Position numbers and translations under genes: made by a program. A stretch of DNA of 64,000 nucleotides from Bugula neritina. Taxonomy: Eukaryota > Animalia > Bryozoa. Each line of letters opens with the position of its first letter. Within the stretch, counting starts at the first letter, position 1. Below, piece after piece: positions 38,801 to 53,800 of the stretch. The stretch spans positions 13,091,675 to 13,155,674 of the forward strand of contig OZ037768.1 in NCBI GenBank assembly GCA_964035545.1, in the 5' to 3' direction. A model generated the notes under the pieces. It saw only the letters and a list, made by a program, of their open reading frames with translations. It did no database searches and was not told the DNA's origin.

Positions 38801-41800
38801 GTCAGCCCTCAGAGTGGAGGAGGAGGCCTGGAATGCATATCCCTACACTAAGACAATCTTCAGATGCCCTTTCATTGAAAAATTCTCAATTACTATAGAG
38901 ACTGTCTATAAGCCAGACGGTGGGACTCAAGAAAACGTTTTTGGTTTAGGTCAGAGGGAGTTAAAGACAAGACTTGTTGGTAAGAACGGGGGGGGGGGGG
39001 GGGGAGTTGAAATCATCAATACTGCATAGCCATGACATTTGGCAGTTCAAATAATAAAAAATTATGTTGGTTTTAATACAAGATAGTTTTATTTCGTATT
39101 TTTTACATTTAGAAGCAGTAGTGGAGAATTTGAAATAGCCTAAGTTCTTTAATTTTATTATTAACTTTTTGTGCTACATTTCTTCTCTGGGACACAGGCT
39201 TTTCTCAATCTCTCAATTTTTATTAATGTTTTTTACCAACAACCAGCTTCAATTTATTATGATTTTTATTTTGCATGCGTATTTAGTTGAATATATAATA
39301 TTTTTAAATGTATTTTATCATTGCCTTGGGGCTCAAGTAGTCATCTTATGAGCTAATCATTATTGTATATAGTTTAGTATTATATAATATATACTATTAT
39401 TAAGTATTAGCTATACTAAATTATTTACAAGGTTGATTTATTAATCAGCGTCATTTGAATGAATTTGTGAAGCTGGTCAAGCTTGCTTGTCAATAGAAAT
39501 ATAGTCTAGTTCAGCCTATTGAACTTGGCGTATCATTACTTCTCCCTTTGTTCTGTTGTGAAATAGATAAACTTTCTATTAATTTATAATGCTCTCTCTA
39601 TAGTCTATGGTTTCAGATGCTACTCCTAATATGTTCAAGTTGGTTCTGTTCTAACTTAACTTATGGTTTCTACAGGCATAGAAAATTTATGCCTCCTTGA
39701 AAACCTGCAATGATATGACATCTTTTTGTACAGCTCAAAAACGAAAAAACTTGCTTTGTTCTTAAAAATTGATTATATTATAATTAAAGAACAATTTTAA
39801 TTGTGTAACGGAGAAAATAGGGTTTAATTGGTTAGAAAAAGGTGTAATTTATGAAAAACAAAGGCATTCTGGTCTCACTGTATTCACATTCCTTTTAGAC
39901 TTGCTTGACTTTGTCAAAGATTCACTTCCTTCTGGAGATTACAAGAAAGAAGAGGATCCCAAACTCTACGTCTCTTCAGCAACTGGCCGAGGACCTCTCA
40001 CAAATGATTGGTTGAAAGAGAGAATGGTACATGGCCCAAGTGGCGGACCTGTGATGTGTGCATACAAGTTGTGCTATGTAGAGTTTAGATACTGGGGCAT
40101 GCAGTCTAAAATTGAGAAGTTTATTCATGACACAGGTATAGTCTGTAGTCCAAACATTTATAATATAAGTTACTGTCAGCACTCTTTACCAGCATTTCAA
40201 TTTGACACTTCAGCTTCATTTTTAATGTCACAGTATAGGGTAGTATTCAGGGAGCAGCCGTGGTGTAGGGGGTTAAAGTGTTTGCTTTGTGAACACGAAG
40301 TCATGGGTTTGAACCTGACAAAGGCCATTGGTAATGTTAGGAAGAGCATCCAGCCTTAATTGCTCCTGTGCCTCATTTAAACAAGTCCTTAGCCCATTCT
40401 AGCAACTACTCTTTCTATCAGGGGTTTCTCACAGGGATGGTGACTATAAACTTGCGTGAGAGTGAGTTATTTAAGTTATAAAGGTAACATGGCCATGGTT
40501 AATTTTAGTCTACATGCCTACATTTGGATGGTTTTCATAGAATTACAGCTGTTGCAAGTGTTGTGCAAAAATGACCTCTTGCAGTAAAATATATTCTGTC
40601 ATCACAGCTTCATTGGATGTTGGCGTAGCTATAACTATTGTGAAATACATGCAACAAATGTGTACAGGAACGAACCAATAATATTAGAGAGATACTCGAG
40701 TGCAATAAAAGTCCTTCTACAATCTACAGTCTACTGCCTTCATCCAATTATTAATTAAATAAAAAACTCTTAATTATAAGTCTATTGAAAGTTACCATAG
40801 ACAACTAAATCACTAATCATTGAACAATTGGGAAACAGAAATGAACTTCAGTAAAGACACAACACACTTAATATTATGGTTGTTGAAGATAATTATTATA
40901 ATATACCTTCTACTTTGAAGCTGATTTATACCAACATCAATTTAATATATGGTTGGAAATACTGCTGCTATTACTGTTGCCAGTCGACCATTTTGATAAA
41001 TGAAAATAGTGTAATAACCTGCTAGCTAGTTCTCATTCATAAGTCACAACTACTGAGTAAACACTGACTGGTTAATGAAGGGAATTATGAGTAGCTGTGT
41101 GTTCATATGGCATCATAAATCGCTTCATTTGCCAGCTGATTGAGTGGTATGACTCAGATTTATGTACTCAGTTTCTCTCTAAATCTCTGTCATTGGAAGA
41201 CACTTCCTACTCTATAGGAGATCCCAATAGTTGCAGGCCAAGCTGTGTAGTTCAACATGATAGTTTTATGTATTGAAGGGGAGTTTTATTTTGGTTGCAT
41301 CCAGTCATGCTGATAGTCAATTGATATAGAAGTAGTAATTTACGAAACACCCTGGAGACATATTTTATAATACTGCTCTGCTTGATATTGCTATTAATTA
41401 ATTAATGGCTTAACCACATGCCCTTTACATATACATACTTCATACCATCTAACTTTCATGGCAAACCATACTAAGTTAAGTTTCAGTTAAGTAAGATGCA
41501 ATGTTTCCAAAATCACATCAAAAGTGTAATGAACTTTTATTTATGTTACTGTTTACCCTACTATTTAATAATGAATTGTGATCTTGCAAAATGGTTTCAC
41601 TTCTTCACTACTATAGAGTGTAGGTTTTATTTATGTAGGGAATATATTGCTGGTTATACTGTTATATTTAGCCCTGAGAAAGACTATGGTTAGGGCACAC
41701 AGGCAGGCCTGGGCTTGGCAAGACGAATGGTATGGTCTGACTATTGATGATATACGAGACCTGGAGATGCAAACTCAGCGAGCTCTAGCTCAGAAGATGG

Positions 41801-44800
41801 AGCATGCTGCAGAGAATTCTCCTCAACAACTTCCTTTTTCTGAGGTTAATTTTCTCCTACTTCTACTAAATTGCCTTGTCATTTGTTCAATAGACATTCT
41901 GCTGGTGAATGTGGTTTTGCAAAGAAGCTATTTGTTTGCAATATGTTCTGGCTGATAATTTTTGTTTATTCAGATTTTGAATTCGTTTGTTTAATATTCA
42001 AAATCTGAATAAACAAATTTATTCATTTAATATTTTTTCAAATCACTTCAAATTTGTTACATGTATAAAAACAGAACATATTTTCATTTCTTTTATGATT
42101 CAGATTGTAATAATTTGTTGATGCGTTGCAGACTCACTCCGACACGACAAATTCTAGTACAACTTTAGACTCCTCAGCTAATAATAACTCTTCGTCGGGT
42201 GATTCTGCCTACGGTGCTTTTCGACGAGTCCATTCAGACACACCATCTGCAAATCCTGTCTGTATGTTGACATTCCACTATCTCATTACTATCACTTTCT
42301 ATTTCTACTGATCTACTCTCTTATTGCTATCACATTCTATTTCTACTCTCTCATTACTATCACATTCTATTTCTACTCTCTCATTACTATCACATTCTAT
42401 TTTTACTCTCTCATTACTATCACATTCTATTTCTACTCTCTCATTACTATCACGTTCTATTTCTACTCTTCTACTATCTCGTCATTCTCGAGTTTATTTT
42501 TCTGCTATTCTCACTGATTGGTTAAGCCAAAAGCTAACTAAACTATTTCAATAATTTTTTACTTTTAAGGATTTATTTATTCATAATGAAAATATAGTTA
42601 ATTCCTATTCATTTAAAAAAACAAGTTACTGAAAGTTGTCTATTTCTGATTAATTCCAGTGGAAAGTCCGAGCCAACTGTCAAGGATCAGCTGGTCTAGT
42701 CTAGAGAAAGTGAATGAAGACAGTGATGACGAAGAATACTTTGATGCTCAGGGTATGTTAAGTCTAAATATATTTACCAAATACAAAAGCACTGTCAATT
42801 GTAAATTGAATTGGTATCAACATTATAGCATTCAATAGTCACAAAGAAGTTAAGGTAAAAATAGAAGTAAAAACTTATATTCTAGAAAAAGGTGGATTAT
42901 TATAAAAACTAGTTTCAGTATATTGCCATAATAATTATTTGAACGTTATATATTACGTAATCAATGTAAAACTGTCATGTTTTGTGTATAAATGTTATTT
43001 TAAAGTAAAGTGTGTGCTCAGATAAATGCACAAAGAATAGACAGTATATAGAATAATATAGAGTAGCTGTGCTAGAGTATTTATATAAACTATCAGACTG
43101 TTATTGACAGTCTGGGTATTGACCTTAACACATCAGGGATGATCTATATTTAGAAAATTAATACCCTAATGGAATAGTTACAGATTGATTTGTAGTCTAG
43201 AGACATATATGATACTATCATGTTCTATTTATTTGTATTGCATATTTTCTGTACATAGATGAGTTTGAGAATGGGGACAACAGATCTGAAAATGCGGCGG
43301 CTGGTTCTCTGTTGAACCAAAACGAGGAAGTGGAGACAGTCGCTGCCTCCAATACGCTGTCGGTAGATTCGTCAACCTCCAGTATTGGTTAGTGAATGTC
43401 TCGCCAACTCAAACTAATCAATGTTTTCCTGTAGTTATGTCTATGGCTGTAGTAACTGAGGAGATTGATGAGTATAAAGTTTTATGTTCAAATATGAGTT
43501 TAACTGGAAAGAGAAATTGAAACTTTTGCCGAAGTATATAACAGTGATTTCATCTCCTATATTTTTCATCAGCTCTCCAAGTTTTGTAGCTACAACTTTG
43601 AAGTATGATGATCGGGTTTAGAAAGAATCTGCAAATATTATTTAGCCGAACTAAGCTGTATCACCATTTTGAAAAATTTATTTTAACTATATAATATAAT
43701 TAAACTAATTTTATGTTACAGCTGCAGAAATAATGTTATCCTGTCTTTAAATTCCACTTCTTTGCATGTTTTGTTTCCAATTAACAGTCTGTTTATTCAT
43801 ATACTTAAATGTTGACTCTTGAATACCTCAAGATCTTAAGCCCATTTGTCGATGTATAACAGTGTGTGACTATTACATTGATTTTAAGAGGTAATTATTC
43901 TCAATCGATGCATGCCAGGCTATAGTGTTATGCAACAGGAAGTGTATAGCATACATACACTAATGCTTGTCAATATTACTTTCCTTAATTTTATTCCGTG
44001 TGGTATTGAGTTTTGTAGGTTTAGCACTAGAATATAAGTTACATGTTACATAAATGCGCCTGGCAATATACTGAGATGCACTAGTTTATAATCTAATTAA
44101 TAAAGTGATTTGCACTATTTTCTGACATGATTGTTTAGGCTTGTACTTTGCTGTTACATGGTTTAGATGGGAGTGCTCGAAGTAGCCCCAACAAAACTTT
44201 AAGTCGCCAGGCTACGATAGAGGACATGGATGATGTAGATGGGACATCATGTGACATTTCTGTTCTGTTTCTGGTCCTGCATGGAGGTAATTCATATCCC
44301 TGTTGATTATTATATGGCAGACCTGGTCAATAGAAAATGTTTACTCAAGTTACCTGTCAGGTACTGTACATATCAGTTGCCTAATCAGTTGTTTAATCAA
44401 CAAGTTCTTACGAGAGCTTTTATGGTGTAGGTTGATGGATGCATGCTATGTGGTTTTATTTGCTATTGTAGGCAATGCTTTGCTTGTTGAATCGGACAAA
44501 AATTCTAAATTCAGTGACTTGTCAACATGGAAAGCAACATTTGATAAAGTTGTCTCCCGTCACTACCCCAACTTCCTGGGCCGATACAGTATCAAGCTGG
44601 TTGCTTGTCCTCCTATGCATTCTGAGGCACTGAACCTTCTAGCCAGGTGGGTCGATACATATTTAGTGTGGAGTATATAAACTTATTACTTTGCTTCACA
44701 AGTTCATAGTATAAACACAATGTTGCTTGGCCTATCTACAGGATGTATGTATTTTGGTAGCACGAACTGTTTAAGTTGATGAGCACCTGGTAGATTTATT

Positions 44801-47800
44801 AAACTCTCTCTCTCATCATGTAGTGTTGCTAGTGTGTTTCATATGAAACTATGTGTAGGATACTGACTCTTTTAAATGATAAATTGTTTATTGTTAAATA
44901 AACAATTTGAAATACACTTTTTAGTATAAATCAATGCCTGCTATAAATTGACAGCCACCTTTAAATATGGTGTTTATATTACTAGATACACCTGTCAGGT
45001 TTATTTCAATAGAATAGATACTTGCAGCTTTTCATAACAGCAGATATAGTAAATTATTTGGGAAATTTCACTCCAAATTGTTGTACAGAGAGTTAAAATC
45101 TTTTGGTCAGTCACTGTGACAGATAAGGGGATTTGTCCTCTTCACTGATACAGTAACTCCTTGTTCCGCCACGTGTGTGCTATTAGCCCTGCAAACCTAG
45201 TAGTACCTTCGATCCTTTGCATGCAGTTTTCTTGGAAAAAAACATTGTACGCAGAAGAAATATTGTACAATAATATACCGAGATAGTTACTTGGAGTTGT
45301 ATATACTTGAATGTTGTAGCATCAACCCCCTGAGCAATGAGGGTAGTGACAGTGGAAGCCACACCTACAATGAATATTTCCCCATAAGTGCTGTGCCGCT
45401 ATTAGCTGTACAGACTCCAGAGTACCAGGATTGTCTGCTCAGTGTTGCCAACAGGGCAAACAAGGCTTACAGAGATTTCTTGCTGTCGGATGAAGGCAAC
45501 GGTTTCTCTGGCCAGGTGAGTCTTCACAGCTTTGGCTATATGCACTTCTCCAAGCCTTCTGTAGGGTGCTGCGCATACGTTTGTGCCATCTTTGCATAGG
45601 TATGTATTTCAACTAGAGAATATATGTACCTTAGACATGATGGTTTTGCAATACTTCAAATGGCTTTGGCTAAACAGTATGGTATTGCGTTTAGTATTTT
45701 TCTACACTGCAACACTGTCTTATCTAGTCTCTAATTAAATGCAAATCTGAAGACGTAAGTTGGAAGCAATAATGCCATCTCAAACTCAGCCAATCAGAAG
45801 TGTGATATCATTATTGAGAAAGATTTGCATGGTGGCTGCTATAATAAACTATGGAGTTGTGTTGCAGCATCGATCTGCTTTAAATATTAATAATATATTA
45901 TAAAACATTTAATAACTTATGTGATGGCTATGCTGCTAACACTAGGTTGTACTGGTGGGGGACTGCATGGGCTCTGTGCTCGCATTCGATATACTGTGTG
46001 TTGCTCAGCCGGAGTTGTCACCACAACTGGAAGACAAGAAGAAATATGCTAGTGATACTGATCTCAGTGAATTACCTGAATCTAAAGATGTTGCTGATTT
46101 TAGCGGTAGGTTAACTTGTACATGTGACGTAATACTATTTATTAACCACCATGACAACATAGATCACAAATTTGCATGATACGATTCTGCACTAAAAATT
46201 TGCTATGGTTGTATAAACAGATTTCTATAAAATCGGACTAATGCATGGTATATCATATTATTGTGAATTCGTTAAAGGAGTTTGCTTAAAAATAATGACA
46301 CTGTAAAATGTGTTGGATTTTATTTCAGCTTCTGCTCATTCGGTCTCAAAGCGTATGTAAATGGTTTGCGTAGTTTGTCTACTATATATAACTTGAATAT
46401 GTATGTCATCATGCTGGTTTTATAGGAAATTAAATTATGTTTTGTAAAAGTTGAATAATTGCAGGCTTTACTAGTAATAAAGCAAGTCTACAAACTTAGC
46501 ACAGGATATATTATATTATAAATTTATCGAAACTCATCACCTAAAGTTAAGAACATTCCAGTTTTTACTTAGGAAACCATATAAAACTGGCATGAAATGT
46601 TGCAGCATTTTAACACTGCTTTTATAACTAAAAATATAGTGTTTTCTAATTTAAGCTTTGAAGTTTTTCCCCCTTATGCTTACTTGCCCACTACAACACT
46701 CACCTAAAGCAATGTCCCTAACCACCACTGCCGTAATAGAAGTTATATTGCAGTTGATATCTTCAATAAACTCTTTCCTTTCAATGAGGTTTCAGTATTT
46801 ATTTACTATAAAATGAAAACAGTTACTCATTTCTACAGATTGTATGACTAGAAGTGCCGTGATTGGTCGACCATATCAACGTTATGGTAGAGTTGAATAT
46901 AAGTAACAATAGTTTAATAATGCTGTGCTGTCCCAGTGTCACGTGGCTCAGGGTGATCAATGTGCATGCGTATTATTCAGCTTGAGTGTGTGCAAAAGTT
47001 CTACTCCAAATTATATAAGTTTTAATTCAAAAGAGTTACTCAAATTGATATCATTGATAGGCTTATAAAATATTATAATTCAAGATTGAAAAAGGCAGCA
47101 CAAAGTGTTTCAAAGTTATCAAATTGATGTAAGACTAAATTCGTTATACTAATAGCCACAGGTTTTATACCTCCAGCATTAAAGAACCCTGCCAGATTAC
47201 TTAGGAAAAGTGCTACTGTGGATATGGGAAGCGCTGGTGAAGGCTTAGATCTTGTAGTTTGTGATGGTATAGCAGTGTCATACAATTCTCCAGTTTTCCT
47301 TTTTACACCCTTGAGATTCATGTGATATTTTCTCCTTTTCAACACTATATATTATGCAGTGTGTAAGCCTGTTTTGGTGCTGCTAATACAAATATGCATG
47401 ATTGTGTGCTGTGTTAAAATTTTCCAGCAGCTCTTGGTGGTGTGACAACTCCCGTTTATATAAAGTCCTAGAATTCTCTGATAGTTTATTAGATGTTGTG
47501 GTGTGGTTTTTCTTAGGCGTGAAACAGGCATTACGGCTGACTATCTCAGCCGGAAATAATCCGCCAGGTATTAAACATATCGTCTACTTCCTCTGTGGTA
47601 ACCTCATCACCTGCCCAAAGCTATATGTTTCAATATTCCGTTATCAACTTCATTTTCATGTAACTTCACTGCTCAGTGTTATAATATAATGTATGTACTG
47701 TGTTGTCAGCTTGGATTGGGGAACGAAATCACAAATAATTTTCCAAGTGCATGTCTGTTCATGCCAACCTACCTTTTATTTTATTATCCCTTTTGTCTGT

Positions 47801-50800
47801 TATGCATACAGTATACCTGCCTTGTACCATTCCCATGCATATGTTCAGATTAATATAGCTATTTTATTTTTGTTGATTATTATGTTAAAATGTTCCCTCT
47901 ATGTTTTAGAACGCAGAGATCCTAACTGTTTTCTATATCCAATAACTTATGTACATTAACTCTTTTAGTAGCTGAATACTAAGTAATTGTTGTTGCTAGC
48001 TTATTTGATTCCAAATCCATACATATCTGCATCAATACAATATTGAAATTATTATTTCTGGTTTTAAATTTAATAAAATTAGTATGTCAATTAAGTTACT
48101 ACTTTAGGAGTTGATGGTAATTAATTTCCTAAAATGAATCATACCAATCTACAATCATATTACAAAATGCTTCCAGTGATAGAAAAATGATGAATTTTGT
48201 CTATTTCATTATAGCTGCAGTAGTTGAGCTCTTACACTTTACATTTTCTGAAACATTGTTGTTCTATTTTGTTTTAGTTATATGCATAATGTGTAATTTA
48301 TGTAAGTGTAGATGTTTTTATAATTTGTTGGAATTTATTTCAACTATAATCTTAATGTTGCATTTAGCTTCGATGCCAGCAACCCGTTTATCCAAGATGG
48401 CTTCTCCACTTTTACTTCGAAGCCCTGCCAGCTCAGCTTATCTCCTCCTCCACCAGCCACACTCCGACTCTAAAGTCTTTGAGTTTGAAGTCTCTGATTT
48501 CTTTATGCTTGGGTCTCCTTTAGCCTTGGTTCTGGCTCAGAGGTTCATCAAGTCGGGGCGAGGTGATCCGATGAAATATTTAACATTCTGCTTTAAATTA
48601 AAAAGTATTGATTCACCCTTCTGTATGTAGACTAGATCTCTGAAGTTTGACTGTGATGAGAATGGGGTGATGCTCTTTTTCTGATTACATCACAACCAAT
48701 AGATGATATACGTAAAGTTCTTCTTATGTTTCTTTACTGATTTGTGGCCATTATATAAACTCTCGCAATAGTATATTTTCAAAATGGCTACTACTAACAA
48801 TCTTGTATTTAGTTCTCAACTCCGATTGGCTTAGGCCTTAGACAGACATATTTTATTCACATGATATATAATAGACTGTCTCAATTTACAGAAACCCAGG
48901 TGAGGCCCAACTGCTGTCAGGTCTACAACCTGTTCCATGCTACCGACCCCTGTGCAGGCAGATTAGAATTTTTGCTAGAGAGTTCATTCAGTCAGTTTGA
49001 GACCGTGAGAGTTTCTCGTTATACCAACTATCCGTTAGGGGACGGCCTATCAAACTCCCTGTGTAAGAGTCTAGTTGATATAACATGTTTAGTTTAATTT
49101 AGTCTTGTTTGCAAACCTTTGATGAAAGTCCAATCTCAGTCACTCGTTTTTGATATGCAATCCGTTGAGTGTTCATGGCTAGTCAATATCCCTTAATAAA
49201 TTTCCACTGATTTGACACGAAGATAGTTGTACATGTTTGTGATAATCTAACTGTGCAGCGTACAGAGCTTCTCTCTAATGGAAGTGTCTGCTGCAGGAAC
49301 TATTCGGAGTTGCATACTCTTGCTGTGTACTTGTAGTTGATTGTCTGCAGCGACACGGAGCCTTCAATGATGTCACAGCCAGTCCTGTACGCTCTGGTCT
49401 ATGCTCTAGTCTAGTACGTCAAGGCAGCAATGCCAGCTATCTCTCCACCAACTCTGTAGATCTTAATCTGGATAATGTGGCTTCTGGTAAACATTAATAT
49501 AATATAGAGGGCAGGTTACAGAAAAATATATCTAGTGTCTAATAATAAGTCTTTTAGTCAAGAGGTAATGTCTGTTATTGTTTTATTGTGACACATACTC
49601 TTAGGAAACCACACATGTAATGTAAAAAATATCAGCAAAAAACTACAGAAAAAAATTGAACTTTGTTCACTCGGCCCATAATGCACTTCTTAAAATGGCC
49701 TGTGTAGCAAATAACTGTAGAAAGCGGGGAGTTGTGGTTGAATTTCTGCTTGAGGAAGGAGAGATTGCAGCTAACTTCTGCTGGAGGTTAGGGAATGTAT
49801 GTGGAGAGGATTTACTAGAAAACAAGCTCGAGAGTATTGAGGTAGCGTTATGGCCTTGTCTTCTGGTGTTGTAAGGCGTAATTCACTTGTAGCCTATGAA
49901 AAACGACACTATCGTCAATACACACACTCACATGGGTAGGCTTATAGGCTAGCAAGTAATATGTGCTGCTGCAGCACGATAATAGCCTCATAACCATATC
50001 ACCAACTACAGCTCGCGGATAGGCAATTCTGTTTCACCCATTCTACCCTTCAAATATGTTACCTTTATTTGTATTACTTCGTTTGAAACAGAAGGGGCTC
50101 TAATCTTCCGATGGATGAATTGAAGGCCGCAACTAATTTAGGGCTGATTGTATTGTGGAGCAATTTTTCAAGAGTAGAATTTATAATTTTTTAAAAAGAT
50201 AAATTGCAGTTATTGAGAATAAAGGAGATTATGTTAAAAACTGGACCTAATAAGCAAAGATCTATTGCTGATATTGCTGGTATATTACATGTGTGGTTCA
50301 CATAAGAATCTGCCACGACTAAACATTACTCTTTGACCGACTCTAGTGTAATTCTATCTTGGAGTTGTTTGCTACGTATAGCATGTATTATTCACACACT
50401 TAGTTTTAGTTTGTTGTAGAAAGTGAAGAAATGTGCTGTAGAAGTTTTAGTTAGTTTTGTTACGTTTTAGGAAAGTTTAAATAATGAACTTTTGTAAGCT
50501 CCAGGTTTTATCATTTGTTAGTCGCTTTATTTCAGTAGAGGTTTCGTATTTCTACAAAATCATTTGTAATTTTATGCAGCAACGACCCCTGTGGACATGT
50601 AAGCTGTTTCTATCTAATAGCCAAGGAGTCTTTTTTGTCAACTCTTGTATTTCATTTTTTTTCCCGAGCTAAAATATCATGGGTATGATTTTAGATGATC
50701 ACGTATGGTCAGGTCGTGAGATGGATTTAGGTAAAATGTTAGCCTAGATTCCTCTAAAGAAATGTTTAATACGCAAAGTGTAATTTCATTTAAATGTAAT

Positions 50801-53800
50801 ATTCACTAGAGAATGCATGTTTTACCAAACCAGACCTGTGTGAGAGTGACGAGCTTTCAAGTAAACTTCCTAATAAGATAATGCTCACACTAGTATTGTA
50901 ACGTAATTCGAATTGCACACTGGCATTGGTTTTTAGTGTGAAGGTACTTTATCCTACACAGTAATTAAATTCTAACTAAAAGCTACTGACCTTGGTGTCA
51001 ACCTGTCTAACTTAGCATGACTATTCTTTTTATTAAATGTAATATTCACAATACATCAGGTATATCTTGTACTGTATAAGTGTCTTTGGAGTCCATTACA
51101 ACTTTCACACTAACACCTACCATTGTAAAGGCATAAGCTGACTATCTGTGAGCCTTATTTCTGTTCAGTTTGACACTCATAAAATGGTGTTGGGGAGTTT
51201 TTATTTGATATTTATGTATTGTCTCTACCCTGTATAATATACTGCTTTTGTGCCTATGCTTTGTCTCGTTAATATGAAGAAGCTCTTCAACTAGCATGCG
51301 TACTTTGATGTCACAGTTTCTAGATTTGTTTAAAAAAATTTGACTGAAATTTCCATGGGTTTCAAATTGTGCAAGTTAATTATTCACTGCCATGTTGCAT
51401 CATATAAATATCTTACACAATCATAACCAAAATGTTGTATCCAATTATGTTTTTTTTTCTATAATTTATACATTCATCATGCTGCATGCATCTATGAATT
51501 CTATACATGAAGTAATATGCAAACAACATTCTCAAATAAGTGTTGTCAGTTTTTGATTTACCAGCTTCATCAAAATGCGTGATCTGTTATATATGCATAT
51601 TATATATATTATATGCATAATTTGTACTTTTCCACATATACACAAATTGTAAAATAGCATAGCATCTGCTGTATTTATGAAAAACGTTACCTGAAAAATA
51701 GAGTTAAATAGCTAATGGGTACAGTGTATTCTCGGATTGGGGTCAATTACATATGAATTCAATTCATTACAATTACAGGAAAATTCGTCAATCACAATTA
51801 TAATCACAGTTAAAAATTAATTAATTAATTACATTTTGTTAATTAGTTAAAACTGCTTTGTTTCAGTTGCTCGGAAATGGTGGGGTAACAAGCGCTTAGA
51901 CTATACTATGTATTGTCCGGAAGCCTTGCAGCATTTTCCCGCAAGTGCTTTGCCTCACGTCTTTCACGCCAACTTCTGGGAGTCTCTCGATGCCGCCAGT
52001 TTTATTCTGCGCCAGGTACAGCCTGCAGAAGCTGCATTCAATTTATCAACACTGAGTTCTCAGACTGTAATGATTATATTTTACTAATTGTGGTGTAGAA
52101 ATCATTACACATGTCCTGTGATATGTAAATTTCGCATGCATCCAACTCCTTACAGATAGTTGTTAGGTCACAGATGCTTGTGTAAGTGTCATTGCATCAT
52201 ATCCTGTAGCTAATAGTGGATAATGTAAACAATAATTTTCTCCTGCTGCATTTTCAGCTGCTGATTCAGGAAGGTGTCATCACAGCTGACTTGCAGACGG
52301 CAGCTGAACACCATCTGTTTAAACCTCAACAACCGAGAGAAAAGTGGATCAACAAGCGTACTGCAATCAAGACGAAGGTAACGGGTTGCAAAACTGTGTA
52401 AGCTTATGGCAAGTTTGCTCTGCTACCTCAGCCAGTGTAGCCGGTATATCAAATCAAGTTCTTTCTGGAAGATATTAGTCCTGCTTCAGTACTAAGCCAC
52501 CAACACTATCTAAATGTTGTTATTTTTAGAATATTGCTCCTAATCATAGAGGAAATGATGTGCTGGTCACAGAAGATAAGCCGCAACGAGTTTCTGCACG
52601 GTTTATGTATGGACAATTTGACCTAGTTACGCTGTCCAATGAAAAAGTTGACATGCATATTGTGAGAGACCAGTCAACCAAACAGTGGGATTATATGGGC
52701 ACAGCAGTGACGGACAAATATGGCAGAGTTACGTTTCAGATACCAGCAGAGATGAGATTACCACAGGGACTACATCCTGTTAAGATGGTGGTCAGGTCTG
52801 TCAAATAACTTTCCTAATCTGTAACCCTTATTTGCATTAGTCTCACATTGTAATCTGGTATATCACAGTGTTTACATCTGCAACCAGCTATTCTTCTACC
52901 GGCTGCTCTATTAGCCATACTATGTAGCCTATGATTATTGCATAATGACTTCTGGTAATGCTTTACAGAGGTGATCACACATTCACTGATCTGTCTCTCC
53001 TTGTTCTCCCTCCAAATGCTGGCGTAGTTCTGTTTTCTATCGATGGCTCCTTTGCTGCCAGCGTTTCTCTCATGGGTAAAGATCCCAAGGTCAGACCCGG
53101 TGCCGTGGATGTCGTCAGGTGAGTCACTGAGCTTCGCACATACCTGTCATAACAATTGATGCTTGCATAGGCTTGCCTCACACTTGGCATCTTCCATTAG
53201 TATTTGCCGTCAACCTCTATGTTTATAAGGTTTAAAATAGCTATGACTACAAAGTTTCTACTAATAACATGGCTCAGCTAATTTACAAAGATGACTGCTG
53301 TAGAGTATTTGCTTTATGTTACCAATCCTGACTAGTCAAACTTTAAGTTAGTCGTATTACTGGTTTCCATTTTTATCGCAGCTTGTAGCCTTGAAGTGCA
53401 TTCATATATATGGAGTTGTTTACTTCGCGCAGGTACTGGCAAGACCTGGGCTACTGCATACTCTACATATCCGGTAGACCAGACATGCAGCTACGCAGAG
53501 TGGTGAGCTGGTTGGCGCAGCATAACTTTCCTCATGGCATGCTTGCCTTTATGGATGGTCTCACAGCTGATCCCATGAAACAGAAAAGTCACTACCTTAA
53601 AAACCTCGTCAAAGAGGTTTGTATAAAATCAGTTATGGTTTTAACCCAACAGTTATATTGAAGACTTTAAAATTCAAACAAGGTATTAGTGAAGCTCAGC
53701 TGAGCTGCACACTAGAAACTAGTTGGTACATTGCTGCTGCCAACTTTGTGTGTTATCTGTTTGATCTTCTTATCATCTGAATATTGTTTGTAGTCGGCCA

